A DNA stretch of 64,000 nt from assembly GCA_043765155.1 (NCBI GenBank), contig JAYUJP010000001.1, positions 19,268 to 83,267 of the forward strand, in the 5' to 3' direction. Shown piece after piece: positions 1 through 9,064 of the stretch. The notes beneath the pieces were generated by a model, which was given only the letters and a program-made list of their open reading frames with translations, was not told where the DNA came from and ran no database searches. The stretch comes from a bacterium (GTDB lineage: Bacteria > Patescibacteriota > Minisyncoccia > Phycocordibacterales > UBA5272). Made by a program: the position numbers and the translations under genes. Each line of letters begins with the position of its first letter. The first letter of the stretch is position 1.

Positions 1-1084
1 CCGTATACATCAGGAAGAGGACACGGCTAAGAGCGATCATGAAAAAGGAGGCTATACTCTACTTGATTTTAACCGTGCCGCAGTGCCGCTAATGGAGCTA
101 GTGACTGAGCCGATAACTTATACTAGTAAAGAAGAGGCGGCAAGTAAGTCAGCAGACTTTGGCAAGGCTTTGCAAAGGTTACTTAGAACCCTAGAAGTTA
201 GTGACGCTAATATGGACAAGGGGCAATTAAGACTTGAGGCAAATATTTCAATAACTCTAGACCCGAAAAAATTTGGTACCAAATGCGAAGTTAAAAATCT
301 TAACTCATTTAACTCGGTAGAAAAAGCCATTATCTATGAGGTTAATAGGCATACCGACATGCTAGCGAGAGGCGAGACTATAATCCAAGAGACACGCGGC
401 TGGGATGAAAACAAATTAGAAACATTTTCACAAAGGAAAAAAGAAAATGCTCATGATTATAGATATTTCCCTTGCCCTGATCTTCCTAAAATGTACCTGC
501 ATGAGATGTTCGACCTAGAGCAGATGAAAAAGGATTTGCCAGAATTACCCGAGGCAAAGAAGCTTAGATTAGAATCATATGGTATTAATGAAAAGCAAGT
601 AACTGGATTGCTTGATGATATAGAGATGGGTAAATATTATGACTCTGCCTGTGCTGATTTAAATAATACAGAAGATAAGAAAACTTTGGCTAATTATCTA
701 CTTGGTGATGCGGCTGGTTTTATGTCAAAAGATACTAACCTAAAGTTACCAGCTCCTAATAATCTTGCAAAGATAATTCTAATGATATCTGAGAGTAAGC
801 TGTCGAGCCGCGGAGCAAAAGATTTACTGCTCAATATAATGGGTGATGACGTAGCTGATTCAGAATTAGAAACTCGCGCAAAAGATTTGGGACTAATACA
901 AAATTCTGACCCAGAAGCTACGAAAAACATAGTGATGAAAGTTATAGAGCAAGATGCAGAAAAATGGGCTGAGTACAAAGCTGGAGCTGACAAGCTTGAA
1001 ATGTACTTTGTGGGTAAATGCATGAAAGAGGCAGCCGGCAGCGGTAATCCAAAAGTCTTTATAGAGATAATAAAAAGTATCTAG
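1..1084 (+). CDS. gatB: Asp-tRNA(Asn)/Glu-tRNA(Gln) amidotransferase subunit B, 5'-partial
   Basis: Frame is open from nt 2 (RIHQEEDTAK...DFNRAAVPLMELVTEP); motifs LRLEANIS, EVKNLNS, QETRGWD, DYRYFP. Confidence 0.97.
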   Translation, partial: RIHQEEDTAKSDHEKGGYTLLDFNRAAVPLMELVTEPITYTSKEEAASKSADFGKALQRLLRTLEVSDANMDKGQLRLEANISITLDPKKFGTKCEVKNLNSFNSVEKAIIYEVNRHTDMLARGETIIQETRGWDENKLETFSQRKKENAHDYRYFPCPDLPKMYLHEMFDLEQMKKDLPELPEAKKLRLESYGINEKQVTGLLDDIEMGKYYDSACADLNNTEDKKTLANYLLGDAAGFMSKDTNLKLPAPNNLAKIILMISESKLSSRGAKDLLLNIMGDDVADSELETRAKDLGLIQNSDPEATKNIVMKVIEQDAEKWAEYKAGADKLEMYFVGKCMKEAAGSGNPKVFIEIIKSI

Positions 1085-1094
1085 ATTTAATATT

Positions 1095-1125
1095 AATAAA
1101 GCGGCACCTTCGGTGCCGCTTTATT
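1095..1125. terminator. GC-rich palindrome with triloop, probable bidirectional terminator
   Basis: AATAAAGCGGCACC-TTC-GGTGCCGCTTTATT between convergent genes. Confidence 0.8.
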
Positions 1126-1701
1126 TTATATTATCTCCACACTTTTTACACTTTTTCTATATTTCCAAAGGAGAGTTAATCCAAAGGTAACAGTTACAAA
1201 TATAACTACAAATTTATATCTTATCCATACATCTGGTGAGAAATTTCTACGTATATACTCATTGGTGACACCAAAAGTAATTAGAAAGGTGGCCCAGTAA
1301 TACGAAAGATGCACCCATGTCTGTATATCAAGGTCAAATATATGCCCAAAGAATTTTTTTATGATGGGTATTCTCATAATACCTGTTATAAGTATAGTTG
1401 TGCCTAATGCTATATCATAAAAAGTGTCACGCATCTGCACATAAATAGGATCCCTGAGCAATAATGTTAAGCTCCCGAAAAATGTAGTCTCAAGGCATAT
1501 AAAAAGAGCTATATAAGGCAGTCTCTTTTCTTTGTGAAAAGTGTAAAAAGTAAAGCTAATAGTCGCTACAATAAGTAAAAATGTTGAAGTGTAAAAGTTT
1601 TTAGTTATCTCAAAAGTGGCCAAAAATATAAATATCGGAATAAATTCAAATAGGCATTTTATTATTAGTTTTGAATAATGTATTATATTTTTTTTGTTCA
1701 T
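1126..1701 (-). CDS. IspZ/YciB-family inner membrane protein
   Basis: Multi-TM; EFIPIFIF, FFGSLTLLL, W..LSYYWATF, NEYI, W..YKF pattern of the YciB family. Confidence 0.8.
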   Translation of the reverse strand: MNKKNIIHYSKLIIKCLFEFIPIFIFLATFEITKNFYTSTFLLIVATISFTFYTFHKEKRLPYIALFICLETTFFGSLTLLLRDPIYVQMRDTFYDIALGTTILITGIMRIPIIKKFFGHIFDLDIQTWVHLSYYWATFLITFGVTNEYIRRNFSPDVWIRYKFVVIFVTVTFGLTLLWKYRKSVKSVEII

Positions 1702-1762
1702 ATTTTCTATTATTAATTAACACTTTTGTGTTATAATTTATATTACATTATATAATAAAAAC

Positions 1763-2479
1763 ATGAAAAAAGATATACTAAAAAATATTTCGATATTAAT
1801 AGGAGCGACAATAATAGGGCTCAGCATACTTGGGGGATTTTATTTAAATAATAAAATGGGAAATAGTGGCAAAAATGACTTTGTTGATCCTGATTCGTTT
1901 TTCTCAGGACGAGAATTTAAAAAAGAGGAATTTCTGATTGGCAGCGGAAGCAAAAAAGTAATCTTGCTAGAATACTCTGATCTTGAGTGTCCATTTTGCA
2001 AAAAATTACATATAGATACAATGCAAGAAATATATAAAAATTATGGCTCAAAAGTAGACATAGCATTTCGTCATTTCCCCCTACCTTTTCATAAAAAGGC
2101 TAAGACAGAGGCTACAGCCACACTTTGCGCCCGTGATATTGGCGGTCAACAGGCTTACAAAAATTATATAGGTAAAATATATGAAAAAACTCAAGGCAAT
2201 GATAGCCTAGACCTAAATACTTTGCCTGATATAGCAAAAGAGATAGGGTTAAATGTTACCAGCTTTAACTCTTGTATGAGTAATGCTAGTAGCTCAGAAA
2301 CAAAATTAGCGTTAATAGAATCGGATATACAAGATGGTATATCAGCCGGAGTAGAAGGCACACCAAATGTATTTGTACTTATCAAGGATGGACAGGATTA
2401 TAAAAAGTTCACAATTATAAATGGCGCAAGAGATTATAAATATGTCTCAAAGGTTATAGATCAAGCTTTGAAGCAATAA
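1763..2479 (+). CDS. DsbA-like thioredoxin-fold protein, membrane anchored
   Basis: N-terminal TM; EYSDLECPFC, FRHFPL, GVEGTP. Confidence 0.9.
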   Translation: MKKDILKNISILIGATIIGLSILGGFYLNNKMGNSGKNDFVDPDSFFSGREFKKEEFLIGSGSKKVILLEYSDLECPFCKKLHIDTMQEIYKNYGSKVDIAFRHFPLPFHKKAKTEATATLCARDIGGQQAYKNYIGKIYEKTQGNDSLDLNTLPDIAKEIGLNVTSFNSCMSNASSSETKLALIESDIQDGISAGVEGTPNVFVLIKDGQDYKKFTIINGARDYKYVSKVIDQALKQ

Positions 2480-2502
2480 GACTTTAAGAATTAAAGCTTA
2501 GC

Positions 2503-2535
2503 TAAATAGCGCCGCCCTACGGGCGGCGCTATTTA
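2503..2535. terminator. GC-rich triloop palindrome, probable bidirectional terminator
   Basis: TAAATAGCGCCGCCC-TAC-GGGCGGCGCTATTTA between convergent genes. Confidence 0.8.
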
Positions 2536-2571
2536 TTTGTTACTTATTTTTTGTATTTCTTTATATACTTT

Positions 2572-3072
2572 TTATCTTTCTATATTCTCCACTCTTTTGG
2601 CATGCTTACCCCCAGCAAAATCTGTTGAGAAAAATATCTCTATAGCTTTTTTGCATTCATCTATATCTAAAAATCTAGCCCCAAAAGAGATACTGTTGGC
2701 ATTGTTATGCTCGCGGCCTAATTTTATAATATCAAGATTACCGCCATAATATGTAGTACATCTAACTCCTTTGTACCTATTCATGACTATCGCTTCGCCC
2801 TCTCCGCTACCGCCAAATACAAAGGCTACACTTAGAATGTCGTTCTCAATATCATCAGCGAGTGCCCCGCCAGCTTTGTGTATATAATCAGTATAATCAT
2901 CAAGCTCATTATATACATGTGAGCCCATATCTATAATTTCAAAATTAGACCCCCTATTTTCACTTTTAAATTCACCCTCAAGATATTTCTTAATTTCACT
3001 TTTCATCTCAAGTCCCGCATGATCACAGGCCAGATATATATTTTGTATATTATTTGAATTTAAATTATGCAT
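2572..3072 (-). CDS. rpiB: Ribose-5-phosphate isomerase B family
   Basis: ACDHAG, GGSGEGE, REHNNAN, FAGGKH.KRV. Confidence 0.92.
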   Translation of the reverse strand: MHNLNSNNIQNIYLACDHAGLEMKSEIKKYLEGEFKSENRGSNFEIIDMGSHVYNELDDYTDYIHKAGGALADDIENDILSVAFVFGGSGEGEAIVMNRYKGVRCTTYYGGNLDIIKLGREHNNANSISFGARFLDIDECKKAIEIFFSTDFAGGKHAKRVENIER

Positions 3073-3120
3073 ATCTTTTATTTACTACTTATCAACTTGA
3101 TTCTAATTATTTTAAAATAT

Positions 3121-4305
3121 TTATAATAACTTAGCGACTTTTTCTGCATGCATAACAAGGGTATTAGTATATCCCATCTCATTATCATACCAGCCCAAAA
3201 CTTTTACTAGGTTACCGCCAACTACGCGTGTCATCTTGAGATCCGCGATGCTGGCAAAATGTGATCCCTGTATATCACTACTCACTAGCTCCTCATCACT
3301 AGCATCAAAAATATTCTTCCATTTATCCTGCTTTGCAGCATCTCTTAAGATATTATTAATCTCCTCTGTACTAGTTTCCCTTTTGGCGATAAAGGTAATA
3401 TCAACAATGGACCCCGCTGCTACCGGTACACGCATCGCTATACCGTCAAATCTGCCGTCCAGCTGCGTAAATACCTTACCCACAGCAATAGCAGCCCCAG
3501 TGCTACTTGGTACTATATTCTGCGCTCCTGCTCTACCCTCTCTATAATCTTTTTTATTTGGACCGTCTACAATAGACTGGCTTGCTGTATAGGCATGCAC
3601 AGTATTAAGCATTGCCTTTTCTATACCAACAGTAGCGTCGAGTATGGCGATAAGCGGTGATGAGGCATTAGTGGTGCATGAGGCATTAGACGTTATGTCA
3701 CATACGCTAAGCTTGTTTTCGTTTACAGACATGAGCACAGTCTCGCCCATAACTGACTTATCCTCGCCTGCCTTGGCCGGAGCCGAGATTATCACCCTTT
3801 TCGCTCCGCAGATGATATGAACTTTTGCCTTGTCATAACTTGTAAATAGTCCAGTGCTCTCGATAACAATATCAATATTCAAGTCCTTCCAAGGTAGCAG
3901 TAATGGATCTCTCTGTGACAGGAATTTAATTTTCTGGCTACTATCTTTTGTTTTTTTGTCAGGGCTTGCATTTACTTCTACCTTACTTGCGCCGCCTTCG
4001 GCGGCGCTGCTCTTAATTATTAGATATTTCTCCGTCTCACTCACCTCTTCTATCTCCACCTCAAAATTACTCCTCTTATATACTGTGTCATACTTAAGCA
4101 GGTAGGCCATATTATGTATATCACCTAGGTCATTCACAGCGACAACTTCAAAGTTTTCATTTGCTAATGACATTTTTAAAAATGCTCGGCCTATACGCCC
4201 AAATCCGTTGATAGCAACTCTTTTTTTATCTTGAGTTTTTATTTCTTCTTTATTTTCTTCCCCCATAATTAGCGCACTATTTTTTATACTATTTAAAATA
4301 TTCAT
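3121..4305 (-). CDS. gap: Glyceraldehyde-3-phosphate dehydrogenase (alternative start ATG at 4266)
   Basis: INGFGRIGR, SNASCTTN, WYDNEMG; about 20-aa insertion in the NAD-binding domain. Confidence 0.97.
   Translation of the reverse strand: MNILNSIKNSALIMGEENKEEIKTQDKKRVAINGFGRIGRAFLKMSLANENFEVVAVNDLGDIHNMAYLLKYDTVYKRSNFEVEIEEVSETEKYLIIKSSAAEGGASKVEVNASPDKKTKDSSQKIKFLSQRDPLLLPWKDLNIDIVIESTGLFTSYDKAKVHIICGAKRVIISAPAKAGEDKSVMGETVLMSVNENKLSVCDITSNASCTTNASSPLIAILDATVGIEKAMLNTVHAYTASQSIVDGPNKKDYREGRAGAQNIVPSSTGAAIAVGKVFTQLDGRFDGIAMRVPVAAGSIVDITFIAKRETSTEEINNILRDAAKQDKWKNIFDASDEELVSSDIQGSHFASIADLKMTRVVGGNLVKVLGWYDNEMGYTNTLVMHAEKVAKLL
3989..4007. repeat. Triloop palindrome inside the gap coding insertion
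   Basis: GCGCCGCC-TTC-GGCGGCGC; stem shared with the intergenic copy at 2509. Confidence 0.7.
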
Positions 4306-4423
4306 ATTTTTTACTTAGTTATATTATAGCAGAAATTTAACTTAAAATATCACAAATAAAAACCTTTTCCACAAGATAATAAAAGCTAATAATATTATAT
4401 GGATCTTATGGAATATATTATTA

Positions 4424-5020
4424 TTAATTTATGTATATTATTTCTTCTCTCAGTGCTCCTAAAGGCGCTTCAACATGAACTATTTTTTGAATCATTTTGT
4501 ACTTTAAAGCTTCTTGGGCCGATATTGTTGTGCCAGTTTCCATCATAGATTTAACTTTTTTAAGTGATATATTTGATTTTTCAGATACAAAATATGCTAT
4601 TCTGCTATTGTTTGTTTTTATAGCTGACAACTGATCTTTAAGAGCTTTTTCATCAAAATTACCAGAAACAGAAGCTCCGTGAAGATAAAATTTTGCATAA
4701 GACTCAGCGGTTCTTTCTTTAGCAGACATGTATATAACATTAGCTATAGAATCTATATGGTTTGTAGCATGTATAGCTATGGGAATTCTAGAATTTTGTA
4801 TTATTGAAGCAATAAGAAATCCGTCATATATACTACCTCCAAGTGAAGAAAATATTATTACAATTTTACTAACTGCGATACCTTCTATATTAATACTTTG
4901 AATAGCATTTACTAACCTTAATGTTGATGGCTGATCTATATCAGAAAGCTGAGTGTAGAACTCGTCATTCTTTGCTTTGTTAGCACTACGAAGGTTTTTA
5001 TTTGAAGATTTACTTTGCAT
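4424..5020 (-). CDS. ClpP-like protease domain with an EcoRI-family methyltransferase N-terminal fragment (chimera)
   Basis: N-term KNLRSANKAKNDEFYTQLSDI; then SSLGGSI, DSIA, FYLHG, ISAQEALKY. Confidence 0.7.
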   Translation of the reverse strand: MQSKSSNKNLRSANKAKNDEFYTQLSDIDQPSTLRLVNAIQSINIEGIAVSKIVIIFSSLGGSIYDGFLIASIIQNSRIPIAIHATNHIDSIANVIYMSAKERTAESYAKFYLHGASVSGNFDEKALKDQLSAIKTNNSRIAYFVSEKSNISLKKVKSMMETGTTISAQEALKYKMIQKIVHVEAPLGALREEIIYIN

Positions 5021-5040
5021 ACTTTTATTTCCAAAAGGTG

Positions 5041-5111
5041 CGGGCCCACAAGGAATCGAACCTTGACCAACGGATTTGGAGGCCGTCGTACTACCACTAT
5101 ACTATAAGCCC
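5041..5111 (-). tRNA. tRNA-Trp(CCA), 3' CCA not encoded
   Basis: Cloverleaf GGGCTTA...TGGGCCC-G; anticodon loop CTCCAAA; T-loop GTTCGATTC. Confidence 0.95.
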
Positions 5112-5260
5112 TAAAATGTTACTAAAAATGCGAACAGGATTCCCCATTCCTACAGACACACCGCTAAGCATGCACTTTTTAAGCTTGTGACTTAAAAAGA
5201 AAGTTTAACATTTTCAGTAACATATACATTATAACATAATATCCTAAAATAATAAAAGCT

Positions 5261-5303
5261 ACATATTAAAAGCTGGTCGCGAAGCGACCAGCTTTTAATA
5301 TGT
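5261..5303. terminator. 20-bp perfect palindrome with GAA triloop, downstream of rpmG
   Basis: ACATATTAAAAGCTGGTCGC-GAA-GCGACCAGCTTTTAATATGT. Confidence 0.8.
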
Positions 5304-5325
5304 GTTTTTGCAAAAAGGTTATATA

Positions 5326-5481
5326 TTACTTCTTGGCCTCTTTAAAGTTAACATGCTTACGTAGTTTTGGATCATATTTCTTAAGCTCTATCTTGCGAGT
5401 TACTTTCTTCTTATTTTTGGTAGTGTATATTGTAGTACCTGTTGCCTTATTTATTATTTTTATCAATCTATCTTGTGACAT
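5326..5481 (-). CDS. rpmG: 50S ribosomal protein L33, Cys-less form (not in the ORF track)
   Basis: Hand translation MSQDRLIKIINKATGTTIYTTKNKKKVTRKIELKKYDPKLRKHVNFKEAKK. Confidence 0.95.
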   Translation of the reverse strand: MSQDRLIKIINKATGTTIYTTKNKKKVTRKIELKKYDPKLRKHVNFKEAKK

Positions 5482-5548
5482 ATATTTATTGTGTGCTGTG
5501 AATTTAGTCCTTGTATTATACTATAATTTTTATACTTTTGCAATTGTA

Positions 5549-7516
5549 TTATTTTACCAGCTCATAGTCTATAACACGCATCTCCAAGTTAGCGCTTTTG
5601 ACCCTTATTTTTAGCTTATCACCTATACGAAATATCTGCCCTGATCTCTCACCTACTATCGCATTTTTCTTTTCGTCATAATCATAAAAATCATTACCTA
5701 GGTCGCGTAGCCTTATCATACCTTCACATTTTGACTTTTTATCCTGAGCATACACCCCAAACTTTGTGACTCCAGACAGAACCCCCTCAAATACTTGCCC
5801 TATACGCTCGCTCATATACTCCACCTGCTTATACTTGATACTACCACGCTCGGCATCACTGGCCTCTTTTTCTCTATAACTTGCGTGTATACATAATTTT
5901 TCTAGTGCCATACGCTCCTCCTCTTTTGGCAGGTCACCGGTGAGTATTCTCATCAACAGTCTATGGGTGAGCACATCAGGATATCTTCTTATCGGTGAGG
6001 TAAAGTGTGAATAATGCTCAAAAGCGAGCCCATAATGCCCGACATTATGAGTGCTGTATATCGCTTTTTGCATAGATCTTGTTATATTACTCTGCAGTAA
6101 TTCTTTTTCTGGGCGACCCTCCATTCTGGTGAGTAAGTCATTGAGATCTTTGGATGGTATTGCGCCGTCGATAAATTTAACTTTTTCTCCTATGCCTTTT
6201 ATAAAAAGATCAAGGTCATGCATCTTATCAGCGTCAGGCTTATCATGTATACGATACACACATAGCGGCTCCTTTAGATCTTTTTGGCTACTTGTTATAA
6301 ATTCTGAGACTTTTCTATTAGCGAGTAGCATCAGCTCCTCGATCAGCTTATGAGTGTCACCACGATGCTTTACATATACGTCTACAGGCTTACCATTTTC
6401 GTCCAGCTTGAACTTTACCTCTTCACTATCAAGTATAAGCGCGCCGGCCTCTAATCTTTTGGCAAATAATTTTTTGGCTATTTTATTAAGAGTGTTTAGC
6501 TCTGTACTATGTAGCCCGTTTGTGTCCATACTCTCTTGAGCATTCTCATATGAGAATCTTTTGGCGCTACATATAACGCTACGTCCATACCACTCATCAT
6601 ATATTTTGCCATCCATATCAATGGTAAATACAGCTGACATTACTAGTCTGTCTTTTGCTTCTACTAATGAGCATAGATCATTTGAAAGTTCTTCGGGTAA
6701 CATAGGTATACATCTGTCCACCAGGTACACGCTGGTCTCACGCTCTATAGATTCATCATCTAGGGCCATGCCTGGGCGCACATAATGCGACACATCAGCT
6801 ATGTGGACACCGACTTCTAATTTTAAAATATTCCCCTCATTATCTTTTTCTATAACTTTATAGCTAATAGCATCGTCAAAGTCTTTTGCATCCACTGGGT
6901 CAATAGTAAAGGTTAGTACGTCACGAAAATCTCGCCTGCTACTTTTCTCCTCTTCTGTTATACCGTGTACACTTATTTCCCTCGCTTCTTTTTGTACTGA
7001 CTCATTATGCTCATCTGAGAATCCTTTTTCTATAGCATAAGCTAACATCTCGGCATTATTTTCACCAGGCTTACCCAGGTTTTTGACTACACGGCCAAAA
7101 GCAGTATCTCCGTCCACCCACTCGACTATTTCGACGGCGACTTTGTTATTTTCATCAGCTCCAAGAGTAGCGCCTTTATCAACGTAAATTTTTACATAAT
7201 TTTTGCTATCATGTGGGGCAAAAATATAATACTTATCATCTTTACTTTCTAGCTCAGTATTTATTATTAATTTACCAGCATGGGCGCGCTTACTTTTATT
7301 TATAACTGAGATAACTTTACCATAATAACCATCCTCATCTTTGCCCGATATCTCGACTAACACTCTGTCACCTTGCATCGCTCTATTTAGATATTTGTGC
7401 ATTACAAATACGCTCTCATAGTCGAGCTCGGGCATTTTTATATATGCATCACAACCTGATTCATTTGCTTTCGTCAGAGTCACCTGCCCCTCATATCTTT
7501 TTCCATCTAGATTCAT
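5549..7516 (-). CDS. rnr: Ribonuclease R
   Basis: TIDPVDAKDFDDA, HFTSPIRRYPD, C-terminal S1 domain; no N-terminal HTH. Confidence 0.95.
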   Translation of the reverse strand: MNLDGKRYEGQVTLTKANESGCDAYIKMPELDYESVFVMHKYLNRAMQGDRVLVEISGKDEDGYYGKVISVINKSKRAHAGKLIINTELESKDDKYYIFAPHDSKNYVKIYVDKGATLGADENNKVAVEIVEWVDGDTAFGRVVKNLGKPGENNAEMLAYAIEKGFSDEHNESVQKEAREISVHGITEEEKSSRRDFRDVLTFTIDPVDAKDFDDAISYKVIEKDNEGNILKLEVGVHIADVSHYVRPGMALDDESIERETSVYLVDRCIPMLPEELSNDLCSLVEAKDRLVMSAVFTIDMDGKIYDEWYGRSVICSAKRFSYENAQESMDTNGLHSTELNTLNKIAKKLFAKRLEAGALILDSEEVKFKLDENGKPVDVYVKHRGDTHKLIEELMLLANRKVSEFITSSQKDLKEPLCVYRIHDKPDADKMHDLDLFIKGIGEKVKFIDGAIPSKDLNDLLTRMEGRPEKELLQSNITRSMQKAIYSTHNVGHYGLAFEHYSHFTSPIRRYPDVLTHRLLMRILTGDLPKEEERMALEKLCIHASYREKEASDAERGSIKYKQVEYMSERIGQVFEGVLSGVTKFGVYAQDKKSKCEGMIRLRDLGNDFYDYDEKKNAIVGERSGQIFRIGDKLKIRVKSANLEMRVIDYELVK

Positions 7517-7648
7517 ATTTTTATTAATTTTAATTTTTTGTTATTTTTTATATAAAATTACTTATTTATATAATTCATTTACTTACTTCATTATAACATA
7601 AAAATAACAAGAAAATATAATTGGATTTTAATATAGAATATTTGACTT

Positions 7649-8953
7649 TTAATTACTATTTTTAATTTCTAATTTATTTTTCTTTAAAAAATCTAATCTA
7701 CTCAAAATTACAAGCAAAATAACCTGAGAAATACTGCTCATAAGATAGGCTTTTGCCAAAAAAGTATAGTCATAGCCCATCTTATAAAAATAAGTTAGTG
7801 ATACGCACAATATGGCAAAAGAAAAGACTTGTATCATGGTTATAAGCTTAACCCTATGCATGGCCATCATGGCCCTAGCATAATACTGTTCCAAATTTAA
7901 AAAAGGTATGGCGAGTATAAGTATGTAAAACAGCTCTAGCACTTGCTTATTGTCATTATATATAATCTTTACTATAAATGGTGCAAACACAAAAGCAAGC
8001 ACGCAGAATAAAATAGAAAATACAAATATCTCAATAGTATTTTTCTTAACTTCTTTTTTAAGTTTTTCATTTTCTCCTTTTTCAAAATATTCAGAAAGTA
8101 TGGGGAAGCTAGCAACCGAGTAACTTGTCGCAAAAAACTGTACCGCCATATTAACAAGATTAGTCGCAAAAGTAAAAACTGATATAACTCCTACCCCCAA
8201 AAATCCTGCAAATATAGTAATTATAAATTGCTTGAGGCTCAGTATAATAAAAGCTGCGCTACGCCATAACGCAGTAGGTGCTATATTTTTTATATAAGAA
8301 AAGTTAAAGTATACTAAATTTATATCTATCTTATTCTTAAATATAAAAATAGAATTAATAAAAAGATGCATCAGAGCTCCAAGTAATACTCCATATGCTA
8401 GGCCATACACACCATAATTTTTGTAAAAGAAAATAATACCTATTATAATACCAGCATTATAAAACACTGGCGCCATGGCATAATACAAAAAGTTTTTGTA
8501 AGTCTGAGCCACGCATACTAACAAGTTAGAGATTCCTAGCATTATAGGCTGTATTAACATTATCTTGGACAAGTGTGAAAGAGTGGCGAGATTCTCAGCT
8601 GAAAAAGCGGGGAATAATTTGTGTAAAAATAAGTCGAGAGTGAGTATTATAATAATAGAAAATAAAGTCATGGCACCATTAAAAAACACAAATAGTGAAG
8701 CTAACTTTTTCTCAAATTCCGCCTTATCATTTTTGACAAGTGATGAAGTTAAAAATGGCACCACGATAGTTATACCCACAAAAGATACAAATATAGCCAT
8801 TATGAGATCTGGTATTTTAAAGCTGGCATTATAAATATCTAAAAGTGCGCCCACCCCAACAATAGATATAAGTAGCTTATCACGTAGCACCCCAAGTGCC
8901 TGCGAGATAATAGTAAAAAAGGCTATTATAAATGTATTTTTGTAGAGATTCAT
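7649..8953 (-). CDS. murJ: Lipid II flippase MurJ/MviN
   Basis: LGVLRD...YNASFKIPD; many TM segments. Confidence 0.85.
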   Translation of the reverse strand: MNLYKNTFIIAFFTIISQALGVLRDKLLISIVGVGALLDIYNASFKIPDLIMAIFVSFVGITIVVPFLTSSLVKNDKAEFEKKLASLFVFFNGAMTLFSIIIILTLDLFLHKLFPAFSAENLATLSHLSKIMLIQPIMLGISNLLVCVAQTYKNFLYYAMAPVFYNAGIIIGIIFFYKNYGVYGLAYGVLLGALMHLFINSIFIFKNKIDINLVYFNFSYIKNIAPTALWRSAAFIILSLKQFIITIFAGFLGVGVISVFTFATNLVNMAVQFFATSYSVASFPILSEYFEKGENEKLKKEVKKNTIEIFVFSILFCVLAFVFAPFIVKIIYNDNKQVLELFYILILAIPFLNLEQYYARAMMAMHRVKLITMIQVFSFAILCVSLTYFYKMGYDYTFLAKAYLMSSISQVILLVILSRLDFLKKNKLEIKNSN

Positions 8954-8993
8954 ACTTAAAATTAATTCTAATATATATTATATCATAAAATAT

Positions 8994-9024
8994 TAACAGG
9001 CGCCCGCTTCGCGGGCGCCTGTTA
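8994..9024. terminator. GC-rich triloop palindrome
   Basis: TAACAGGCGCCCGC-TTC-GCGGGCGCCTGTTA, downstream of the ABC transporter. Confidence 0.7.
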
Positions 9025-9064
9025 GGGATTTATTTGTTTTCGTTTTTATTTATAATATACTTTT

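Noticed and set aside
5002-5614. Plus-strand ORFs 5002-5190 and 5300-5614
   Set aside because: Antisense shadows of tRNA-Trp and rpmG
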